From contig JAFGGO010000170.1 in assembly GCA_016930515.1 (NCBI GenBank), positions 1-12,276 on the forward strand: 12,276 nt of DNA. The letters run 5' to 3'. This DNA is from Promethearchaeota archaeon. Its GTDB lineage: Archaea; Asgardarchaeota; Lokiarchaeia; Sigyniarchaeales; SOKP01. Positions 5,613 to 12,276 of the stretch are shown here, in pieces. The notes below the pieces were generated by a model. That model searched no databases and was not told where the DNA came from. It was given only the letters and a program-made list of their open reading frames with translations. The number at the start of each line of letters is the position of its first letter. Positions within the stretch are counted from its first letter, which is position 1. The position numbers and the translations under genes were made by a program.

Positions 5613-8600
5613 ATGCAACCACATGACATTTACGATGATTTCAATGAACCAATCGAATCTATTTTTTCTAAAGATTATAAATGGAGCTTTTTAGTTGGAG
5701 CGGGCGCTTCAATGGATCCCCCGTCTAACTTACCATCTGCAAGAAAGATTAGTCAGGTCCTTTTAAAATTATGTGCTCCAGAAGAAGAAGTTGATAAATT
5801 ATTGTCTTTATCAACATTGAGGTACGAGCTAATTGTCGAAGCAATCCAGGATCAGACAGATAGAGAACTGATTTTTATGGATTATTTCGACGAAATCGTG
5901 GAGCCAAATTTCATTCATCTCTTTTTAGCAAGTGCCATTCACGCAGGAAATTACGTGGTTACCACGAATTTTGATTATTTAATAGAGAGGGGTTTGATGC
6001 GCGTGTTACCAGAAAGCGAAAGTCAGCATATCTTTCCTGTTATTACCAAAAATGATTTTTTAGTACATCAAGATCCGCAAATATTAATTAAGACTGGTAA
6101 ATATCCTCTTTTTAAGATTCATGGTTCAAAAACAAACATAATTACCAAAGAACAAACAATTGAATCCCTTGTAACCACGATTTCTGACCTTGGAAAAGAT
6201 AGGGAGAGTGGAGAAACATTTGCCATTGAGCCCTATAAAAAACCTCTTGTCAATAACATCGTGAAAGGCCGTTCGCTCGTGGTTTTAGGATATTCTGGAA
6301 GCGATGATTTCGATATAGGTCCCGTGTTAAAAGAAGTACCCTTTCTCGAGCGATTAATTTGGATCGACCATATTAATAGAAACAATATTGAAATAAAAAA
6401 GATGAAAAAAATAGTAGATCTAAGCGAGATAAAACACTTAACAAAAACCGAGCAATTGCTCCTGGAAGTTCGCTCGGATGTCGATTTTGATGTGTATTTG
6501 ATACAAGCACCTACAGGGCGATTGTTCCATGATATTTGGACACTCATAATGCCCAATAAAGAAAGAATCCATCCTAAAAATATTAGCGAGATTGATAAAC
6601 CAACCGAATTTGAGGCTTGGGCTAAGATTCTCTACGAACAGATGGATGCGAAAAGCAAGTATCAATTAGCTTCCAAGTTATATATTGAATTAAATCAATT
6701 CAAGGACGCCAACCGATGCGCTCAAAAAGGTTTAGAGATGTGCGATATGGGTGGCGAAGAAGACATCTATAAAATTGCTTATTTCTATGGTGTCATGGGA
6801 AATGCATCAGAAAATTTGGGCGAAATTGAAAAGGCTCTAGAATACCACAATAAATCACTTGCTATTGAAGAGAAATACGACGATAAAGACGGGATGATCG
6901 CTAGTATGAGTGGTATAGGATATATATATTATACAAAGTCACAATTCGATAAAGCTTTTGATGTTTTTAATAAAGCATACGAGATTGCGCTCCAAGAAAA
7001 TCTTTCTAGAAGGATATATACTATAAGTACAAATATAGGAATGATTTACAAGGAATGGGGTGAATTCGATAAAGCCATGGAATTTTTCAAAATTGCACTC
7101 CAAAAGGCAGAAGAAGAGGGCATGTTAAACGGGAAGGCCACTGTATATAGCAATATCGGCACGATATATAAAAGCCAGAAACAATACGAAAAAGCATTGG
7201 AAAATTACAACGAAGCTCTTGAGATAAACAGGCAGTTAGGGCATCTTAAGGGCGTATCTGCTCGATTAAGCAACATCGGTGAAATTTATCACATGGAGGA
7301 TCGAAATGATCTCGCTCTAAAGTATTTTAATGAAGCATTAACAATCGATAAAGAAATTGGAAATATAGTCAATAAAGATAAAGTAATGGGAAATATTGCT
7401 CAAGTTTATCGCGCAAATAAAGAATACGAAAAAGCTCTGGCAATATACAAGGAAACGCTAAAAGTAGCAGAAAAATTAAACTTACAAAAATCGATGTCAA
7501 TAAGACTAAATAACATTGGAATGATATATAAGGAAACAAACGAGTTAGATAAAGCTCTTGAATACGCACAAAAAGCACTAGAGATAGACACTAATATCAA
7601 AAACAAGCCTGGTATCGCTCTAGATTATAATAATATTGGTGCCATATATTATAAAATGAAAGATTACGAAAATGCTCTCGATTTCTACACTCGATCTCTT
7701 AAATTGAACGAAGAAATGGGTAATAACGAAATTATGGAGATTAACCTCGTGAATATTCGAGACACATACGAAGAATTGGGAGCCTTAAAAAGAGAAGAAG
7801 GGAAAGTTCCAGAAGCTGTTTCGTTTTACCAAAAAGGTTTGGACATTACAAAACAAATGAAAGATCTGGTCAATCAAGCGTTTTACTTGCAGGCAATTGG
7901 TAAAACTTATTATTTTAACGATGTAAACGATAAAGCCCTGGAATACTTCCAAATGGCTCTTGATATTGACGAAAAGATCGATAACAAGCAAGGAAAATCC
8001 GATCGATATTATTACATTGCCGAGGTTTATAAAGAAACGAGGGAACTTGATTTAGCCCATAAATTTTTCAAAAAATCGCTTGAAATCGCAATAGAATTAG
8101 AAAACGAAGAGGATCAGGTGCTCCTGTTAGAAAAAATCGCTACCCTGAGCTTCGAACTCGGAAATAAAGAAGATGTTGTGGTGTATAACGAACAACTTGT
8201 TTCCATTTACCGAAAACAAGGAAAAATAAAAGAGATAAGCGAGATTTATTCTGGTCTTGGAAATATTTACAACGAACTTGGTAAGAGAGAACGTGCAATT
8301 GAAGTATTAAAAGAATCATTGGAAATATCTAAAAATTTAGATTCTAAAAAGTTCATTGGAAACGCATCTTTTGGATTGGGATTTGCTTTTGAAAAGAACA
8401 AGGAATACGATAAAGCATTAGCCTACTACCAGGAATCTGTAGAGATGGCATCTTTTTTAGAAGACTTAAATCAAAAAAGCGCTCGACTCAATCGCATTGG
8501 GATGGTTCAAAAATACATGGGAAATTATTTAGAATCAATTAAAGCGTTCGAAGAATCTATTTCGATTACAAGGGAATTGGGTGATGAAGCAACTCTGGCT

Positions 8601-8762
8601 CATCGTTATAACGCACTTGCGGGTACACTTCTACGGTTTAAGCAATATGAGAAAGCTATCTTGAACTATGAGATATCTCGCGATTTGTTTAAAAAAGTTG
8701 GTCAAGACAAAAACGCTGAAGTCGTTGCAAACAACATTGAAAATGTTAAAAAAAAGATATAA
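5613..8762 (+). CDS. SIR2-like (SIR2_2) domain protein with long C-terminal TPR array
   Basis: SIR2-type motifs FLVGAGAS, VVTTNFDYLIE, LFKIHGS and LVVLGYSGSDDFDI lie in the first ~260 aa. Many ~40-aa TPR units follow (e.g. ATVYSNIGTIYKSQKQYEKALENYNEALEI). RBS AAGGAG upstream. Confidence 0.9.
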   Translation: MQPHDIYDDFNEPIESIFSKDYKWSFLVGAGASMDPPSNLPSARKISQVLLKLCAPEEEVDKLLSLSTLRYELIVEAIQDQTDRELIFMDYFDEIVEPNFIHLFLASAIHAGNYVVTTNFDYLIERGLMRVLPESESQHIFPVITKNDFLVHQDPQILIKTGKYPLFKIHGSKTNIITKEQTIESLVTTISDLGKDRESGETFAIEPYKKPLVNNIVKGRSLVVLGYSGSDDFDIGPVLKEVPFLERLIWIDHINRNNIEIKKMKKIVDLSEIKHLTKTEQLLLEVRSDVDFDVYLIQAPTGRLFHDIWTLIMPNKERIHPKNISEIDKPTEFEAWAKILYEQMDAKSKYQLASKLYIELNQFKDANRCAQKGLEMCDMGGEEDIYKIAYFYGVMGNASENLGEIEKALEYHNKSLAIEEKYDDKDGMIASMSGIGYIYYTKSQFDKAFDVFNKAYEIALQENLSRRIYTISTNIGMIYKEWGEFDKAMEFFKIALQKAEEEGMLNGKATVYSNIGTIYKSQKQYEKALENYNEALEINRQLGHLKGVSARLSNIGEIYHMEDRNDLALKYFNEALTIDKEIGNIVNKDKVMGNIAQVYRANKEYEKALAIYKETLKVAEKLNLQKSMSIRLNNIGMIYKETNELDKALEYAQKALEIDTNIKNKPGIALDYNNIGAIYYKMKDYENALDFYTRSLKLNEEMGNNEIMEINLVNIRDTYEELGALKREEGKVPEAVSFYQKGLDITKQMKDLVNQAFYLQAIGKTYYFNDVNDKALEYFQMALDIDEKIDNKQGKSDRYYYIAEVYKETRELDLAHKFFKKSLEIAIELENEEDQVLLLEKIATLSFELGNKEDVVVYNEQLVSIYRKQGKIKEISEIYSGLGNIYNELGKRERAIEVLKESLEISKNLDSKKFIGNASFGLGFAFEKNKEYDKALAYYQESVEMASFLEDLNQKSARLNRIGMVQKYMGNYLESIKAFEESISITRELGDEATLAHRYNALAGTLLRFKQYEKAILNYEISRDLFKKVGQDKNAEVVANNIENVKKKI

Positions 8763-8763
8763 A

Positions 8764-9396
8764 TCAAAACAGAGCAGTCCAAATACTTTGGGTAGTTTCT
8801 TGTTTTATTGCCTCGTAAAATCCAAGAACTAACTCGTGTCTTTTCGAGGCAATTTTTTTCGAAAAATCAAGCCATAATTTGTCTTTTAATTTTAAGATCT
8901 TGTTTTCGAAGTGCTTTAAGACCAATGGAATGCCTCGATTGAGCTCCTTTGAGAATGCAACGACGCGATAGATGCCTATAGCACCAAGAGCGTCTAATTT
9001 ATCGCTGTCCGATAAGATTTTGGCCTCTAAAGTCATTGGCTTTATGTCATTAGAAAACGAATGAGCTCGAATGCAATGCTCGATGTTGCTGAAGTCCTCC
9101 GGGGATATCGCGTAATTAAGATTTTTTAAGAATTCATTACTCATCTCTGCTGATATATCTGCGTGATTTTTGCCGTTTAAGTTTTTATTCTCGAATTTTC
9201 TTCCAATGTCGTGAAGTAATGAAGCTATTTTTAGAACGAACAAGTTAGCGTTTAAACTCATTCCAATATACACGCTATTCTCGAAGACACGCTTGACATG
9301 ATCGAATCCGTGTACATCGTCTTTGTCTGAATTTCTCTGGGAAAATTCTTTTACCATAGAAATAAATTCTTTTTCCTTAATCACTTTTCCAACCAA
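8764..9396 (-). CDS. HD-domain metal-dependent phosphohydrolase (YedJ-like)
   Basis: Motifs HGFDHVKRV, LLHDIGR, NHADIS, IRAHSF and SDSDKLDALGAIG. TTG start and TGA stop. Confidence 0.88.
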   Translation of the reverse strand: MVGKVIKEKEFISMVKEFSQRNSDKDDVHGFDHVKRVFENSVYIGMSLNANLFVLKIASLLHDIGRKFENKNLNGKNHADISAEMSNEFLKNLNYAISPEDFSNIEHCIRAHSFSNDIKPMTLEAKILSDSDKLDALGAIGIYRVVAFSKELNRGIPLVLKHFENKILKLKDKLWLDFSKKIASKRHELVLGFYEAIKQETTQSIWTALF

Positions 9397-9417
9397 TTTT
9401 CTTATTTAATTATTTTA

Positions 9418-10335
9418 CTAAACCTTTGGCATCGTACTGAGTTCACGCATTATGTTTTCGTGAATAACGCCGTTTGAAGCGACAATTCCTGGTGAAGTCC
9501 ATCTGATGTGCTCGTTATCAACCCATATTGGCTGGTTTTGAGTATCCGTAACTTTCCCCCCCGCTTCTTCCACGATTAAAATGCCCGGCATGTAATCCCA
9601 AGAAAAACTATGTTCTAGATCGATTGGTTTGATGTATAAATCAGCGCTTCCCTCGGCAACCTTACAAAATTTAAGCATGCTATCGATCTTTATTGAATTT
9701 TGAATACCGATTTTTTGTGCGAACTCAGACACCCAGGGTTGATCGTAATGTAGCGATTGACATAGTACGAGTTCTTTCAAATCTGACTTACGAGTCACGG
9801 TTATTTTCGTAAAATCCCCTTCTCCATAAGAAGCGTGCGCACCTCTCCCCTTTTCGGCAAAGAAAAGCGCTAGAGCGTTTTTCTCGTACGATGGAACGGA
9901 TATAGCACATGCTGAAGGAATGGAATCAATCATAAATCCGATTCCAATGGCGTATGAGAGTCCTTCAACGAAACCTTGAGTTCCATCAATTGGATCTATG
10001 GTCCATTGCCTGTTCGATGAACTGCCCCTATAATTTACAATTTCTTTTAGATTAGTTATTTCTAATCCTAATTCTCGATAGCACTTTACGATCAATCCCT
10101 CTGCTTTAGAGTCAAGAATCGTGCCTTCTTCTTCAGCTATGATGTTGTCTTCGGGAAATTCCATTCTTAAGGAATTTATAATGTATGCTTGCGTTGCAAT
10201 ATCAGCGAGAGTGACTGGGGTTTTATCGCTTTTTTCGAAAGATTGAAACCCATTCTTCTGAAACCATTCTGGTATCCTGCATGCGTTTTTTCCAAGCTTT
10301 ATGGCTAATCTTGTCTCTTTAGAAAACTGCGTCAT
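9418..10335 (-). CDS. Inositol monophosphatase superfamily enzyme, HAL2/CysQ-like 3'(2'),5'-bisphosphate nucleotidase
   Basis: Motifs KSDKTPVTLADIATQA, IIAEEE, WTIDPIDGTQGF and WDYMPGILIVEEAGGKVTD. ATG 10335 is preferred over TTG 10359. Confidence 0.85.
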   Translation of the reverse strand: MTQFSKETRLAIKLGKNACRIPEWFQKNGFQSFEKSDKTPVTLADIATQAYIINSLRMEFPEDNIIAEEEGTILDSKAEGLIVKCYRELGLEITNLKEIVNYRGSSSNRQWTIDPIDGTQGFVEGLSYAIGIGFMIDSIPSACAISVPSYEKNALALFFAEKGRGAHASYGEGDFTKITVTRKSDLKELVLCQSLHYDQPWVSEFAQKIGIQNSIKIDSMLKFCKVAEGSADLYIKPIDLEHSFSWDYMPGILIVEEAGGKVTDTQNQPIWVDNEHIRWTSPGIVASNGVIHENIMRELSTMPKV

Positions 10336-10422
10336 TTCGATATCACTAAAATAGTACAATGCTCGATTGGTTTTTAACCATTTGGTTTAGGATAGAAACC
10401 TGTTTATTAAAATGAAAAAAGC

Positions 10423-10797
10423 GTGAATAATAACAAAAAAGTTAAAAATAAATTATCCATTCCTCTTACAGGTTCCGGTCTTCCTGATTCCACGAAGGAG
10501 CTCTTATTTCTTAAAACCTTAATTATCGATGACTGTCCAATAACTTCGGCAGACGGGATTAAGAAAATCCCTCCCAACTTAGAACACCTTTCAATTTCGG
10601 TTGAAGCATTTCTACCTTTTATGAACAGGTCGCTCCAGTTTCGGATTAACACCGTATTATCGATTCTTGGAAGGATTAACAAAATATATGTGAATGGTTT
10701 CAAGAGAGCGACACTCCCATCGGATTTCACCACCTATTTGATAACACTTTCCAAATTTTTGACCGATTATGGCGTGAAAATGTCCCTTATTCGTTGA
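10423..10797 (+). CDS. Hypothetical protein, possibly a degenerate leucine-rich-repeat fragment
   Basis: A 124-aa ORF fills the gap between divergent and convergent neighbours. LKTLIIDDCPITSADGIKKIPPNLEHLSIS resembles one to two LRR units. No other motif is seen. Confidence 0.4.
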   Translation: MNNNKKVKNKLSIPLTGSGLPDSTKELLFLKTLIIDDCPITSADGIKKIPPNLEHLSISVEAFLPFMNRSLQFRINTVLSILGRINKIYVNGFKRATLPSDFTTYLITLSKFLTDYGVKMSLIR

Positions 10798-10931
10798 GAG
10801 GGATCAAAATTAGGGATTGATATGATGAAATATTTATAAAGACCTAGGTATAGAATGTCTTTAAGCAAGAGAAAAAAAATTCTTAAGAATAGAGAATAAT
10901 GCTCTATCATTCTATCATTAATAATAACTTT

Positions 10932-12164
10932 TTAAGAATATATATTCACTATATCACTAGGGGAAGTTCTACTTTTTAAGATCTTATCGATTGCATCTAG
11001 AAAATCTTGTTCTAATATGATTGTTGCATCTTTTCGTATAGCAAACATTCCAGCCTCGTTGCACACCGCTTTTATATCGGCTCCACTGAATCCACCAGTC
11101 ATTTCGACAAGCTTCTTGACATTAATACTATCTTCGCATCGTAGGTTTTTCATGTGAACCTTGAATATATCTTCTCTTGCCTTTTCGTTGGGAATGGGAA
11201 TTTCTACGATCCGATCGAATCGTCCCGGCCTTAGGAGAGCTTGATCTAAGATGTCTGCTCGATTGGTCGCAGCGATAAAACGGACATTTCCCCGATTATC
11301 GAAACCATCTAGCTCGCTTAATAATTGCATTAATGTTCTTTGAACCTCCCTATCTCCTGAGGTGGCGTCTTCAGATCGTTCGGCTCCGATTGCGTCTAAT
11401 TCATCAATGAAAATGATTGTGGGTGCTTTTTCTCGGGCTAATTCGAAAATTTCTCGGATAAAGCGCGCCCCTTCTCCAATAAATTTGTTAATTAACTCCG
11501 AACCAACAACCCTAATAAAGGTAGATTGCGTCTTATTTGCAACTGCTTTTGCGATCAGGGTTTTTCCAGTTCCTGGAGGCCCTTGTAACAAAACGCCTTT
11601 TGGAGGTTCGATACCGACTTTTTCGAATAATTGGGGTTTTGTCAAGGGTAATTCGACGGCTTCTCGAACCTCGTTTATTTCAAAATCTAAACCACCAATA
11701 TCTTCATAAGTGATGTCTGGAATCGAATCTAACAGTTCCATGCCTTTTATAAAAGGATCCTTTGAAGTTGGAAGCAATTCCATGACCGAATAATTGTGTT
11801 GGTTGAGCGCTACATTTAGACCAGGAAATAGATTCTCTCTCCTTAATGATTTGCTAGTAATAACAACATAACTTTGACCACTATATGTCGATATCACCAC
11901 TCTTTCGTTATTTTCGTCTAAAATATCCGTTATAACTCCCGTGATCAATGGGGGAGCCCTTAATTGATTAAATTCGATTTTTAACTCGTCTAATTCTTTT
12001 TGCAAGTTGATTCGTTCTTGATCCAATGTTTTCTTATCAACTTCAAGAATGCGCAACCTTTTCTCTAAATGCCTAATATAAGTTGCCAAATAATTCTCGT
12101 CTTTAATGTCTTTCTGTTTTTCGTCGTCTATAGGAGTGCTTTCCATTTCTCTTGTATCCAACAA
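10932..12164 (-). CDS. pan: Proteasome-activating nucleotidase (AAA+ ATPase)
   Basis: N-terminal coiled coil ending LRAPPL, OB-like domain, YEDIGGL, Walker A GPPGTGKT, pore loop KFIGEG, Walker B IIFIDE, DREVQRTLMQLL, ALLRPGRFDR and the C-terminal HbYX motif IYS. Start TTG 12164 or ATG 12146. Confidence 0.95.
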   Translation of the reverse strand: MLDTREMESTPIDDEKQKDIKDENYLATYIRHLEKRLRILEVDKKTLDQERINLQKELDELKIEFNQLRAPPLITGVITDILDENNERVVISTYSGQSYVVITSKSLRRENLFPGLNVALNQHNYSVMELLPTSKDPFIKGMELLDSIPDITYEDIGGLDFEINEVREAVELPLTKPQLFEKVGIEPPKGVLLQGPPGTGKTLIAKAVANKTQSTFIRVVGSELINKFIGEGARFIREIFELAREKAPTIIFIDELDAIGAERSEDATSGDREVQRTLMQLLSELDGFDNRGNVRFIAATNRADILDQALLRPGRFDRIVEIPIPNEKAREDIFKVHMKNLRCEDSINVKKLVEMTGGFSGADIKAVCNEAGMFAIRKDATIILEQDFLDAIDKILKSRTSPSDIVNIYS

Positions 12165-12276
12165 TTTTTTCTTTTATCTAAATCGAACAAAACTTTACAA
12201 CTATTTAACTTTATTTCTTTTAAAAACTCAATTATAATATCAAATGATCTATTTAATAAAGTAGATCAAAAAATAA

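Noticed and set aside
10889-10919. ATAGAG/CTCTAT hairpin and TCTATCAT tandem duplication between the orphan and pan
   Set aside because: Too short to call a terminator or repeat element. It is not CRISPR-like.
73-11709. Short antisense ORFs (73-477, 282-524, 1134-1394, 1957-2217, 2165-2428, 3809-4003, 4354-4554, 4870-5103, 6233-6665, 7369-7991, 10407-10733, 11362-11709)
   Set aside because: They lie antisense to better-supported genes and carry no motifs.
10932-12164. Functional link between PAN and the Ubl-like selenoproteins
   Set aside because: They are about 5.5 kb apart, on opposite strands and separated by unrelated genes. The selenoproteins also lack a terminal GG for conjugation.
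1-12276. Genome-wide UGA reassignment (Trp/Gly) as the explanation of the in-frame TGAs
   Set aside because: TGA appears to end the HD gene (8764-8766) and the 10423 ORF normally. Trp is encoded by TGG, long genes contain no internal TGA, and the clustered TGAs are paired with SECIS-like hairpins.

Overview
AT-rich archaeal window, most likely Asgard/Lokiarchaeia. This is inferred from a PAN proteasome ATPase with an HbYX tail, GGTGA-type RBSs and eukaryote-type SECIS hairpins. In order: the 3' end of an MCP gene, then an ArsR repressor divergent from a putative operon. The operon holds a DUF166-like gene with an in-frame TGA, a SAM-methyltransferase::HgcA-like corrinoid/membrane fusion, an HgcB-like ferredoxin, a Cys-cluster thioredoxin-like protein and two paralogous small genes. 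Then come a SIR2-TPR protein, an HD hydrolase, a HAL2/CysQ-like phosphatase, an orphan and pan. Main result: the ORF track truncates the two small paralogues. Both run through clustered in-frame TGA codons (A-U-G-U-U-G and G-C-U-U) into mutually homologous C-terminal tails. Each is followed by a eukaryote-like SECIS with identical geometry (GAATGA-N11-AAAT-N14-GAC). They look like an unannotated family of selenoproteins with adjacent Sec-Sec residues and a possible ubiquitin/MoaD-like fold, inside an ArsR-associated hgcAB-like metal(loid) methylation locus.
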